The notes beneath the pieces are model-generated. The model had not been told where the DNA came from. It saw nothing but the letters and a program-made list of their open reading frames with translations, and did not search any database. From assembly GCA_021780355.1 (NCBI GenBank), contig JAJXYX010000043.1, positions 1 to 56,288 on the forward strand: DNA of 56,288 bases. The letters run 5' to 3'. Source of the DNA: a bacterium. Lineage in GTDB: Bacteria > Chlamydiota > Chlamydiia > Chlamydiales > SM23-39. Of the stretch, positions 9,227 through 18,385 are shown one piece after another. The position numbers and the translations under genes were made by a program. The number at the start of each line of letters is the position of its first letter. The first letter of the stretch is position 1.

Positions 9227-9252
9227 AAATTACGCAAATTTTACGCACTAGA
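9227..9252 (-). repeat. Right copy of terminal inverted repeat (putative integrase arm sites)
   Basis: AAATTACGCAAATTTTACGCACTAGA, 100 bp inside the tmRNA 3' end. Confidence 0.75.
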
Positions 9253-9352
9253 CTGGGTAAAAGTGGCCTAAATGAAAAGAAAAAGGACTTATCGGTTTCC
9301 CTTTAAGTCCTTGATTTACTTAGTGTTATTTGATTTGGTTTAATCTGAATTT

Positions 9353-9744
9353 TGGAGGTGGAGAGAATCGAACTCTCGTCCTTAGCAAACTTCATACAGA
9401 TGACTACATGCTTAGCGCTTAGGGTGTTTAGGGAGCCTTGCTAGTAAGCGCGCTACTTGAGGCTCTCCGAGCTATCTTATATCTCGAACTCCCTTCAAGA
9501 TCACTCAAGAATGAGGGGTTCATACCAAGATGTATAACAGTAGAACATCTAAGACTCTCGGTCAGATCCTAGGCTACTGTGCTTCAACGGCTATTAAGCC
9601 GCAGCTGCAAAACCTTCTTCGTTACCGAAGAGGCTGACAATTTTAGAGTTGTCGTTTATATTTAATCGGATATTTTAAGAGGCCAACGATTGTCCTCTAC
9701 ATGCCACCCATACTTTGTTTCCAAGTCGAAACCTTGACACCCCC
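9353..9744 (-). ncRNA. ssrA: tmRNA
   Basis: 5' GGGGGTGTCAAGGTTTCGAC and 3' GAGAGTTCGATTCTCTCCACCTCCA. The acceptor stem has the G3:U pair and CCA is not encoded. The tag frame 9653-9594 reads DNSKIVSLFGNEEGFAAAA followed by TAA TAG. Confidence 0.97.
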
Positions 9745-9889
9745 GAGGAGACAGGGTAGAAGACCCAAGCTCTTCGGGGGATTCAATGTACTTAGATCCC
9801 TTTATTTTAACATATTTGTGATTTTTATGGAACTCTTTGATTTTTAGAGGGGGTTTTGGAATAATGGTCCAGAGTATTAAGGTGGTTTT

Positions 9890-12800
9890 ATGTTTCATTG
9901 GGAGCAGAGCGAGTCGTTTCCGGAGAGAGAAGAAAAAGTTTTGTCTTTTTGGCAGGCTCAAGGGATTTTTAAAAAGTCGGTAGAGGCTAGGAAGGGCTCG
10001 CCCCTTTTCTCTTTTTACGACGGCCCTCCCTTTGCGACGGGGCTGCCCCATTACGGCCACTTGCTGGCGGGAACGATCAAGGACGTGGTGCCTCGGTATA
10101 AGACGATGAAGGGATTTTGCGTCCCTAGGCGTTTTGGCTGGGACTGCCATGGGTTGCCTGTCGAAAATGAGATCGAAAAGGGCAAAGAGCTCTCGGGGTC
10201 TGCAGCTATTGAGGAGTTCGGCATTGCGAACTTTAATGAAGAGTGCCGCAGCATTGTCTTGAGATATTCCAACGAATGGAAAAAGACGGTGAACCGCTTT
10301 GGGAGATGGGTTGATTTTGATCATGTCTACCGGACGATGGATGTCTCTTTTATGGAGTCTGTTTGGTGGGTCTTTAAAGAGCTTTACGAGCAGGATTTGG
10401 TTTATGAGGGATTTAAGGTGATGCCTTTTTCAGCAAAGCTGGGAACTCCTTTGTCGAATTTTGAGGCGAATCTTAACTACAAGGATGTCGATGATCCGAG
10501 TTTAGTGGTCGCTTTTGAGTTAGTAGATGAGCCCAATACGCGGTTTTTGGCTTGGACGACGACTCCTTGGACGCTCCCTTCGAACTTGGCTTTGATCGCT
10601 GGGGGAAAGCTCGATTATGTCAAGGTGAGGGCTGGAGACGGCAAATATTACATTTTAGCTGAAGCTCGCTTGCCGGGTTATTTTAAAGAAGGGGCGGAGG
10701 TTCTAGAGCGTTTTAAAGGGGAAGCGTTAAAAGGGCGTAGATACAAGCCTTTATTTCCTTTCTTTGCAGACAGAGCAAAGGAAAACGCCTTTCAGCTATT
10801 GGTAGATGATTTTGTGTCGGTAGAAGATGGAACGGGCATTGTGCATGCGGCGCCGGCTTTTGGCGAGATGGACTTTTTTGTCTGCAAGCGAGAGGGGATC
10901 GATTTAGTTTGCCCAGTAGATGCGAATGGAGCATTTACTTCTGAAGTACCTCCTTATACAGGGCAGTATGTCAAAGATGCGGACAAGGAGATCATCCGCG
11001 CGCTGAAACAGCAGGGATCGATTTTTTATCAAGGAACCATTCGGCATAGATACCCCTTTTGCTGGCGCTCCGATACGCCGCTGATTTATAAGGCGGTGAG
11101 CACATGGTTTGTGGCGGTAGAAAAAATTAAAGATAGACTCCTTGAAGCCAATGAACAAATCACTTGGATGCCTTCTCATATTAAAGAGGGGCGGTTTGGC
11201 AAGTGGCTCGAAAATGCGAGAGATTGGGCGATCAGCCGCAACCGTTATTGGGGGACGCCGATCCCGATTTGGCGCTCTGAAGATGGCGATTGTTTAGTCG
11301 TTGGCAGCGTAGCCGAATTAGAAAAGCTCACCGGTGAAAAAACGACAGATTTGCATCGCCATTTCATCGATCATTTAGAAATTAAGGTTGGTTCTAAAAT
11401 TTATCGGCGCATCTCTGAAGTGTTTGATTGCTGGTTTGAGTCGGGATCGATGCCGTATGCGCAAAATCATTATCCTTTTGAAAACAAAGAGACGTTTGAA
11501 AAAACTTTCCCTGCTGACTTTATTGCAGAAGGGTTGGATCAAACTCGCGGCTGGTTTTACACGCTGACGGTTCTCTCTTCAGCTCTTTTCCGAAAACCTG
11601 CGTTTAAAAACGTGATCGTGAACGGTATTATTTTGGCTGAAGATGGTAATAAAATGTCCAAACGGTTAAAAAATTACCCTGATCCTGAAGTGGTCATTCA
11701 GCGTTTTGGCGCGGACGCGGTAAGACTTTATATGCTCAATAGTCCTGCTGTTAAGGCGGACGATCTTCGCTTTTCTGAGCGCGGGGTGGAGCATGTGCTG
11801 AGACAAGTTTTGATTCCTCTTTGGAACTCATTTGTCTTCCTTTCCACGTATGCGAAAATCTATAAGTGGACGCCCTCGTCTCACGAAAAGGCTCCTACTG
11901 CCCTCATTGATAGGTGGCTTTTATCCCTTACGCAAAAGTTGATTCAGGATGTTGAGTCCTCTATGGATCGGTACGATCTAAATAGCGCTGTTGAACCTTT
12001 TGTCGGCTTTGTTGATCAGTTGACCAATTGGTATATCCGCCGCTGCCGCAGCCGATTTTGGGCAGATGAAGACACGCAGGATCGAAGAGAGGCTTTTTCT
12101 ACGCTTTACACAGCGCTTCTTCTTGTGGCAAAGATCGCAGCTCCCTTTATTCCGTTCATTACAGAGGCGATCTATCAACAGCTTCGGCAGTCAGAGGCTC
12201 CTCAATCTGTGCATCTTTGCGACTATCCAGTTTATCAAGAAAAGCTTCGAGATCTTGGTCTTGAACAGGAAGTGCAGGCGGCTCAAGCGGCTGTTAGTCT
12301 TGGTCATAGTCTAAGGAAAGAGCATAAGATGAAAGTGCGCCAGCCTTTGTCCAAAGCTCATGTCATCACTTCCAATCTCTCCCTGCTCCATTCTTTAGAC
12401 AAGCAAAAACAACTCATCGCTGATGAGCTCAATGTAAAAACGATTGAATTTCATAGCGATGAAGGAAAATTTGTCCAGTGGCAGGCAAAACCCAATTTCC
12501 CGATCCTCGGAAAAAAAATCGGTAAGCTCATGCCTCAGGCGCAGAAAGTCATCCAAGGATTGGATCGTCATCAAATGAACTCTCTTGCGCATGGCGGAAA
12601 CGTTTCGGTCGTGATTGGCGATTTGCTGATCGAGCTAGAACCTAACGACGTTCAAATTGAACGAAAGGTTAAAGAAGGGCTCGCCGCAGGCAATGAAGGG
12701 GAACTTACGGTCGCTCTCGATCTTGCTTTAACTGAAGATCTCCTCTTGGAAGGACTTTCTCGAGAGCTCATGAATAAGATCAACATGATGCGCCGCGAGA

Positions 12801-12991
12801 TGGGTTTAGAGGTGACCGATCGGATTCGTATTTGCATCCAGACCACCCCACGCATGGAAGAGGCTCTTTCTCTTTATCAAAAGACAATTGCGTCCGAGGT
12901 ATTGGCTGTCGATTTCCAAATCGGCCCCTGTGAGGGCGCTCTTTGGGATCTTAACGGGGAGGAAGCTCGACTTATGATTGCAAAGGCTTAG
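9890..12991 (+). CDS. ileS: Isoleucine--tRNA ligase (type 2)
   Basis: DGPPFATGLPHYGH, GWDCHGLP, WTTTPWTLP and KMSKR; C-terminus lacks the type-1 zinc motif. Confidence 0.98.
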   Translation: MFHWEQSESFPEREEKVLSFWQAQGIFKKSVEARKGSPLFSFYDGPPFATGLPHYGHLLAGTIKDVVPRYKTMKGFCVPRRFGWDCHGLPVENEIEKGKELSGSAAIEEFGIANFNEECRSIVLRYSNEWKKTVNRFGRWVDFDHVYRTMDVSFMESVWWVFKELYEQDLVYEGFKVMPFSAKLGTPLSNFEANLNYKDVDDPSLVVAFELVDEPNTRFLAWTTTPWTLPSNLALIAGGKLDYVKVRAGDGKYYILAEARLPGYFKEGAEVLERFKGEALKGRRYKPLFPFFADRAKENAFQLLVDDFVSVEDGTGIVHAAPAFGEMDFFVCKREGIDLVCPVDANGAFTSEVPPYTGQYVKDADKEIIRALKQQGSIFYQGTIRHRYPFCWRSDTPLIYKAVSTWFVAVEKIKDRLLEANEQITWMPSHIKEGRFGKWLENARDWAISRNRYWGTPIPIWRSEDGDCLVVGSVAELEKLTGEKTTDLHRHFIDHLEIKVGSKIYRRISEVFDCWFESGSMPYAQNHYPFENKETFEKTFPADFIAEGLDQTRGWFYTLTVLSSALFRKPAFKNVIVNGIILAEDGNKMSKRLKNYPDPEVVIQRFGADAVRLYMLNSPAVKADDLRFSERGVEHVLRQVLIPLWNSFVFLSTYAKIYKWTPSSHEKAPTALIDRWLLSLTQKLIQDVESSMDRYDLNSAVEPFVGFVDQLTNWYIRRCRSRFWADEDTQDRREAFSTLYTALLLVAKIAAPFIPFITEAIYQQLRQSEAPQSVHLCDYPVYQEKLRDLGLEQEVQAAQAAVSLGHSLRKEHKMKVRQPLSKAHVITSNLSLLHSLDKQKQLIADELNVKTIEFHSDEGKFVQWQAKPNFPILGKKIGKLMPQAQKVIQGLDRHQMNSLAHGGNVSVVIGDLLIELEPNDVQIERKVKEGLAAGNEGELTVALDLALTEDLLLEGLSRELMNKINMMRREMGLEVTDRIRICIQTTPRMEEALSLYQKTIASEVLAVDFQIGPCEGALWDLNGEEARLMIAKA

Positions 12992-13111
12992 TCTTTAAAA
13001 AGTCTTAATAATTACGCTTTGTAATACCTTCTCTACGAATGAGTTGCGATTAAAATAATTGTTGCATTTTAAATGAAAATATGGTACAATTGAAGTATAA
13101 AGAGAGGATGT

Positions 13112-13369
13112 ATGAGCAGAAATCAACCATCTCTTCTTGATGAAGAGACGCAAGAAGCAAGTAGTCTTTTAAAGACGGACGATCACCGTTTTCAGATGAA
13201 AGTGTACGAGACTGTGGAGCTTATCCAAGACGCTTGCCCTTTTCTCCAGACTGAATCGACGATCCGACGCCTTCTCGCCCAGTACGGCGAAGCTTATCTC
13301 TTTTTTAACCAAACAGGCGAGCTGTGCTTCTTGACAGATTTCGTCAAGCCTGTGAAAAAGACGAATTAA
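13112..13369 (+). CDS. Hypothetical protein
   Basis: 85 aa with GAGGA RBS and a promoter-like TTGCAT/TACAAT upstream. Confidence 0.65.
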   Translation: MSRNQPSLLDEETQEASSLLKTDDHRFQMKVYETVELIQDACPFLQTESTIRRLLAQYGEAYLFFNQTGELCFLTDFVKPVKKTN

Positions 13370-13383
13370 GAGGGTTTAGCTGA

Positions 13384-13432
13384 TTGGGACTTCGTCCCAA
13401 ACCCAACTAAAGGACTTTGTCCTTTAGAATCC
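13384..13432 (+). repeat. Double-hairpin repeat unit A
   Basis: TTGGGAC-TTC-GTCCCAA ACCCAA CTAAAGGAC-TTT-GTCCTTTAG AATCC plus a T-rich tail. Confidence 0.85.
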
Positions 13433-13450
13433 TATTTTTTTTGTATTAGG

Positions 13451-13494
13451 AAAAAGCCTTGATGGTTAATGCGTCAATCATCAGGGCTTTTTTT
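13451..13494. terminator. Bidirectional intrinsic terminator
   Basis: AAAAAGCCTTGATGG...TCATCAGGGCTTTTTTT. Confidence 0.7.
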
Positions 13495-13558
13495 ATTTGA
13501 TGAATTTTTGTTTATAAAGAAAACCCTTTTTGTATAGTGAAAGAAAAAGGGTGAATAG

Positions 13559-14485
13559 ATGGGACATACTCATTCGTCTTCGTGTTCTCATGGCCATGGC
13601 CCTGCGGTGCATGGCAAGGCGCTTTACATTTCTATTTCGATTGCGGCTTTATTTATGATTGTCGAGGTGGTGGGCGGTTGGATAGCCAACTCGTTAGCTC
13701 TGATCAGCGACGCTCTTCATTTGTTTACAGATATTGGCGCTTTGACGCTGAGTTTAGTTGTTTTGAAGATTGCCCATTGGCCCAAAACGCCCGGCATGAG
13801 CTACGGCTATTATCGAGCGGAAGTTTTAGGGGCGCTTGCGAGTTCGCTTTCTTTGTGGGCTCTTTGCGGAGTATTGGTGTATGAGGCGATTATGCGTCTT
13901 ATTGTACCAGAACCTGTGCAGGGACCTTTAGTGTTTGTGATTGCTTCGGTCGGTCTTGCGGCGAATTTGATGATGATGCGCGTTTTACATCCCGTGCAGG
14001 GGCACAATATCAACATGCGCGCGGCTTATTTGCATGTTCTTGGAGATGTATTGGGCAGTGTTGGGGTGATTTTGGGGGGCGCTCTTTTATGGTGGACCAA
14101 TTGGTACCCCATTGACCCGATCATTACGCTTCTTTTTAGTTTGGGTATTCTTTATGGCTCAGGGAAGATTATTAAAGAATCCATTGTGATTTTAATGGAA
14201 GCGACTCCAACGGGTGTGAATCCTCTGAAAATTGAGCAAGACCTTTTGGCGATTGAAGGGATTGAAGAGATTCATGATCTTCATGTATGGGCTGTTTCTA
14301 ATAAGAAAATCGCTTTAAGTGCGCATCTTGTCGGTAGAAATGGTCATAAAATTCTGAGTCAAGCCCATCAAATGATCGAATCGAAGTATGGAATTTCGCA
14401 TATGACCCTTCAGTTTGAAGATCCGGAGCATTTTGAGCCTAAATACTGTTACGACTGTTCTCCTGGGAGTGCTCATAGAGAATAG
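13559..14485 (+). CDS. Cation diffusion facilitator (ZitB/CzcD-like Zn/Co/Cd efflux)
   Basis: His-rich N-terminus, SLALISDALHLFTD, NMRAAYLHVLGD, IHDLHVW. Confidence 0.93.
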   Translation: MGHTHSSSCSHGHGPAVHGKALYISISIAALFMIVEVVGGWIANSLALISDALHLFTDIGALTLSLVVLKIAHWPKTPGMSYGYYRAEVLGALASSLSLWALCGVLVYEAIMRLIVPEPVQGPLVFVIASVGLAANLMMMRVLHPVQGHNINMRAAYLHVLGDVLGSVGVILGGALLWWTNWYPIDPIITLLFSLGILYGSGKIIKESIVILMEATPTGVNPLKIEQDLLAIEGIEEIHDLHVWAVSNKKIALSAHLVGRNGHKILSQAHQMIESKYGISHMTLQFEDPEHFEPKYCYDCSPGSAHRE

Positions 14486-14547
14486 CCCTTGCGTTTTTGA
14501 CCTTCTTTAAGTAAGCTGCATGCCTTCAAAAAAATACCGAGGCATCT

Positions 14548-14979
14548 ATGCATGTTTTGTTACCATCCATCCTGTTGGCGTCTTCAAGGGGAGGTCAACT
14601 ATTAAACCTGAGCGGCGAAATCATTGATGAACTCGTGGATATGGATTTGCCAGACACAACTTGTTCCATAAGAGATATTCCGAACCTTCGATTGACTCGC
14701 TGCAAATTCTTTAAGGTGGAAAGCAAAGGAGAGCTTTTCTTGAATGAATGCCGAGTTGAGAAAGTCGTCGCAGTAAAAAAAGCTACTTTAATCAATCAGT
14801 GTGAGATCGGAGAGGTCATGACAGATGAGGATGGGGAAGTATGGATAGAAAAATGTAAAAACGTCAAAGCGGTAGCTACGGGCCGCGTCATACTTGATCA
14901 AGTTTTTCCCTCGATGAAATTGCATGTAAAAATATTGATTCGTACGGCTGATTTTTCGGTATATACCGAAGGAAGCTGA
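14548..14979 (+). CDS. Hypothetical protein; last codons and stop supplied by a MITE
   Basis: 143 aa with GAGG RBS; the terminal YTEGS-stop lies inside the palindromic element starting at 14962. Confidence 0.55.
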   Translation: MHVLLPSILLASSRGGQLLNLSGEIIDELVDMDLPDTTCSIRDIPNLRLTRCKFFKVESKGELFLNECRVEKVVAVKKATLINQCEIGEVMTDEDGEVWIEKCKNVKAVATGRVILDQVFPSMKLHVKILIRTADFSVYTEGS

Positions 14980-15130
14980 AGAATCGGCTTACAGGCGGGT
15001 TCAAAGCGCCAAAAATCGATCGTCATAAAGGGGGGTTGTATTGCCTCGATACTACCCCCCTTTATGACAATCGATTTTTGGTAGCTTTCAATTCCGCCTG
15101 TAAGCCGATTCTTCAGCTTTCTTCGGTATA
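14962..15130 (+). mobile_element. Palindromic MITE, copy 1
   Basis: 169 bp imperfect palindrome TATACCGAAGGAAGCTGAAGAATCGGCT...AGCCGATTCTTCAGCTTTCTTCGGTATA, bounded by TA. Confidence 0.85.
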
Positions 15131-15136
15131 AACATA

Positions 15137-15183
15137 GGATTCCAAAGATTGAGTCCTTTGGCGGGGTATGGGGCAGCGTCCCA
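15137..15183 (-). repeat. Double-hairpin repeat unit B (degenerate)
   Basis: GGATTCCAAAG...CCTTTGG CGGGGTATGGGGC-AGC-GTCCCA. Confidence 0.75.
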
Positions 15184-15253
15184 TCTCATTCTGAGTGCAT
15201 CTATAGATTTAAAAAATTCGAATGATGTATCATGGGTCCCCGTGAGAGGTTTT

Positions 15254-16030
15254 ATGGGTGGTCAGTTTGTCTTTTTAGGGACGGGGGCGTCGGCGGGGGT
15301 TCCTTTGATAGGGTGCCAGTGCGCTGTGTGCCAGTCTTCTTTGCCCTATAACAATCGTTTGCGCTCAGCAGGGTGGCTTCGGGTAGGAGAAAAGTCTTTT
15401 TTAATTGATGTGGGGCCCGATTTTCGACAGCAGGCGCTGAAGCATGGGATTGAGCGGGTCGATGGGCTGCTGTTGACTCATACGCATTTTGACCATATTG
15501 CGGGGATCGACGACTTGAGGATCTATTCTGTTAGGCAAGAAAGGGCTGTTCCTTGCTTGCTGTCTCAGGAGAGTTATGATGAGCTGGCTACGCGCTATCA
15601 TTATTTTTTTAAGAAAGGAAAGAATCTGACGGCCCAGTTTTCTTATCAGGTGATGAATGATGAGGCGGGCGTCTTGGGATTTGAGGGGCTTTCGGTGAAG
15701 TATTTTCATTATAAGCAAGGCGATATGAAAGTGACGGGCTATCGGATTGGCGATTTTGCGTATCTGACAGATATCCGGGATTATGGCGAAACGATTTTTT
15801 CTTTTTTACAAGGGGTGAATTGTTTGGTGCTGAGCGCGCTTCGAGAAGAGCCGTCCCATTTGCATTTATCGCTGGATGAAGCGGTCGCCTTTGCTAGGAA
15901 AGCGGGAGCTCGGAAAACGAGACTGACCCACCTTTCCCATTTTTTGGATCATGAAGAGATCAACCAAAAACTGCCTCCTGATGTACAGGCAGGATACGAT
16001 GGGTTGACGATGGAATTTGAGGTGCTGTAG
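15254..16030 (+). CDS. MBL-fold hydrolase, PhnP-like
   Basis: FLGTGASAGVP..GCQCAVC, THTHFDH, YLTD, THLSH and GYDG. ATG 15254 follows GAGG; the ORF-track start at 15149 lies in a repeat. Confidence 0.9.
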   Translation: MGGQFVFLGTGASAGVPLIGCQCAVCQSSLPYNNRLRSAGWLRVGEKSFLIDVGPDFRQQALKHGIERVDGLLLTHTHFDHIAGIDDLRIYSVRQERAVPCLLSQESYDELATRYHYFFKKGKNLTAQFSYQVMNDEAGVLGFEGLSVKYFHYKQGDMKVTGYRIGDFAYLTDIRDYGETIFSFLQGVNCLVLSALREEPSHLHLSLDEAVAFARKAGARKTRLTHLSHFLDHEEINQKLPPDVQAGYDGLTMEFEVL

Positions 16031-17340
16031 TGGAGCCGGGACAGGGAAGACTAGTCGATTTACAACCAGAGCAGAAAAAAACTTTATTGGTAGGCACCTA
16101 TAAACAAACGAGCGATAAAGAGCTTTGCGCGGAGCAATTGAGCGAGCTGGAAAGTTTATGCGCAACGTATGGGTTAGAGGTGATAGAGAAAATCATGTGC
16201 CCGATTAAGGCATATGATGCTTCGACCTTTGTAGGCAAAGGGAAGGTCCAAGAGATTGCGGATTTGGTTTTGGAAAAAGGGATTGACGTCGTCATCTTTG
16301 ACGATGAAATTTCTCCCCAGCAGCAGAGAAATTTGGAGAAAATCTTTGAAAAAATCACGGTGGATCGAACAGAGCTGATTTTAGGCGTATTTGCTCAAAG
16401 GGCCCATTCCCGCGAGGCGCGCATACAAGTTGAACTTGCGACTCTTCGCTACCAGATGCCGAGGCTGAGAAGGATGTGGACCCACTTAAGCCGCCAAAGA
16501 TCGGGAGGATCGAGCGGCGGCGGAGGCGGCTACGTCAGAGGAGAAGGGGAGAAGCAGATTGAGATCGACCGAAGGATCGTGAGGCGCCGCTTAGATCGTT
16601 TGGAAGTAGAGCTGAAAGCCGTCAAACAGGCGCGAGATACACAAAGGCAAGCGCGGAAGCGAAGTGGAATCGCAACGTTTGCTATCGTCGGGTATACGAA
16701 TGTTGGTAAATCGACTTTAATGCGCGCTTTAACGGACGCCGATGTGCTGGTAGAAGATAAACTCTTTGCCACGCTCGATACGACGACACGCAAATATGTC
16801 CTTCCAAACCGCCAAGAAATTTTACTGATCGATACGGTGGGATTTATTCGTAAAATTCCTCACCTTTTGGTAGCGGCTTTTAAAAGCACTCTTGAAGAAG
16901 CTGTCCAAGCAGATATTTTGCTCCACCTAGTTGATGTCAGCAGCTCTGCTGCAGAAACGCAAGCGGAATCAACTCTGGCCGTTGTTAAGGAGCTGGGCGC
17001 TGAAAATGTCCCGATGATCACAGTATTAAACAAAATCGATCAGTGTCAAAATCGCCTTATGGCAGAGCGCATGAGGATCAAGTATCCAAAAACGGTAGAA
17101 ATTTCTGCCTTGCAAAAGCTTGGATTTGATCATCTTCTCGAATCGATGATCAATGAAATTTCTAAATTAAGAAAGCATGTCAAATTAAGAATCCCGCAAA
17201 GCCATTACGCTTTAGTCAGCGAACTCATGCGAGAGGGGAAAGTAAGCTCATGCGAGTATGAAGACAACGACGTCGTGCTTGAAGTAGAAATCCCTCGCAT
17301 CCTCGAGAAAAAAGTAGCTCTTTTTGAGGTGCTTTCGTGA
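16030..17340 (+). CDS. hflX: GTPase HflX
   Basis: GYTNVGKST, DKLFATLD, DTVGFI, NKID and GEKQIEIDRR. Confidence 0.97.
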   Translation: MEPGQGRLVDLQPEQKKTLLVGTYKQTSDKELCAEQLSELESLCATYGLEVIEKIMCPIKAYDASTFVGKGKVQEIADLVLEKGIDVVIFDDEISPQQQRNLEKIFEKITVDRTELILGVFAQRAHSREARIQVELATLRYQMPRLRRMWTHLSRQRSGGSSGGGGGYVRGEGEKQIEIDRRIVRRRLDRLEVELKAVKQARDTQRQARKRSGIATFAIVGYTNVGKSTLMRALTDADVLVEDKLFATLDTTTRKYVLPNRQEILLIDTVGFIRKIPHLLVAAFKSTLEEAVQADILLHLVDVSSSAAETQAESTLAVVKELGAENVPMITVLNKIDQCQNRLMAERMRIKYPKTVEISALQKLGFDHLLESMINEISKLRKHVKLRIPQSHYALVSELMREGKVSSCEYEDNDVVLEVEIPRILEKKVALFEVLS

Positions 17341-18233
17341 CGCTTCCTCCCTGTCGAGCTTCTTTAGATGTGCTGGACGACGAACTCACTTCGACGTTAT
17401 TTGCAGATTATTACTATTCTACCTATGCAGCCTCGAGCGCATCTACTTTATTTCGGTTCCATGAAGAGCCTTTCCCAATAGATGGAGATCCTTCCTTATC
17501 TCTCCCAGAGCTTCCCTCGTTAAAAGAACCCAAATTATCCGCCCGGATTTTTTCCAAAATCAAGTCTCTTCCAGCTCAAGACCGTCCTCGAGAGCGTTTA
17601 GCGCAGGTGGGTCCTGAAGCCCTTTCCACCATCGAGCTCCTCGCTATTTTACTAGGCAATGGGACTAAAAACTGCTCTGTTTTACAGCTAGCCGCTCAAC
17701 TCATGTCCCATTTTGGCACTCTTCACGCCCTTTCCGAGGCGAGCGTGCAAGAGCTCTCTTCTCTCAAAGGCATCGGCTTTGCCAAAGCCGTGCAGCTTAA
17801 AGCCGCCTTCAGCCTTCATGCAAGACTCCCCATCGGCCCCATCGATAAAATCGTGTTCGATAAAGCCAGCAAAATCTACGATCTCATCGGCTCTGAGCTA
17901 AAAAAAGAAAAAGTTGAAGTGCTTATGGTCATTCTTCTTGATGCCAGAAAGCGCTTTATCCATCGAGAAATCGCCGCAAAAGGCATTTTAAATCAGATTT
18001 TAATCCACCCGCGCGAAATCTTTCATTTAGCTATCAAGCATCGCGCTCACAGCATCGTCATCGCCCACAACCACCCCTCAGGAGATGTAGTCCCTTCCCA
18101 GCAAGATCTCCACATGACGCAAATTCTAAGAAAATCAGGCGAAATTTTAGGCATCAAACTGATAGATCATCTGATTGTAGCAGGAGAAGAGTACATTTCT
18201 CTCGCTGAGAAAAATCTTCTTCATGATGTTTAG
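17337..18233 (+). CDS. radC: RadC-family JAB/MPN protein with N-terminal extension
   Basis: DRPRERL, ELLAILL, HhH KGIGFAKA, HPREIF, HNHPSG and DHLIV. Confidence 0.93.
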   Translation: MTLPPCRASLDVLDDELTSTLFADYYYSTYAASSASTLFRFHEEPFPIDGDPSLSLPELPSLKEPKLSARIFSKIKSLPAQDRPRERLAQVGPEALSTIELLAILLGNGTKNCSVLQLAAQLMSHFGTLHALSEASVQELSSLKGIGFAKAVQLKAAFSLHARLPIGPIDKIVFDKASKIYDLIGSELKKEKVEVLMVILLDARKRFIHREIAAKGILNQILIHPREIFHLAIKHRAHSIVIAHNHPSGDVVPSQQDLHMTQILRKSGEILGIKLIDHLIVAGEEYISLAEKNLLHDV

Positions 18234-18234
18234 T

Positions 18235-18367
18235 TGGGGCTCCGCCCCAAACCCCGCTAAAAGGCTATCGCCCTTTAGAATCCCTTTTGTTTTTTTTTAT
18301 TTTCAAAAAAATCAAAAAGGATTCTAAAGGGCGATAGCCCTTTAGCGGGGTTTGGGGCGGAGCCCCA
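18235..18367. repeat. Inverted pair of double-hairpin units C (18235-18283) and D (18319-18367)
   Basis: 48/49 identical inverted copies separated by a T/A tract, between convergent radC and pdhB. Confidence 0.92.
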
Positions 18368-18385
18368 TCCTGAGGAATTCACAAA

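Larger units (their letters stand above)
2019..9352. mobile_element. tmRNA-associated integrative element (satellite/PICI-like gene layout)
   Basis: Order is int - hypothetical - xis-like - helicase-like - iterons - HGGxSTG pair - cargo, abutting the tmRNA 3' end. It is bracketed by a 24/26 inverted repeat. The left boundary is uncertain. Confidence 0.75.

Noticed and set aside
8932-9237. Short ORFs between the MBL gene and tmRNA
   Set aside because: No recognisable motifs or RBS; they overlap the MBL start or the terminal repeat.
9353-9400. tRNA-Ala call from the T-arm and acceptor-like sequence
   Set aside because: There is no anticodon arm; the partner strand is ~390 nt away with a tag ORF between, so this is tmRNA.
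9662-10324. 220 aa minus-strand ORF
   Set aside because: Antisense to ileS and runs into tmRNA.
15149-15253. N-terminal extension of the PhnP-like protein
   Set aside because: Starts in repeat unit B; the family N-terminus begins at ATG 15254.
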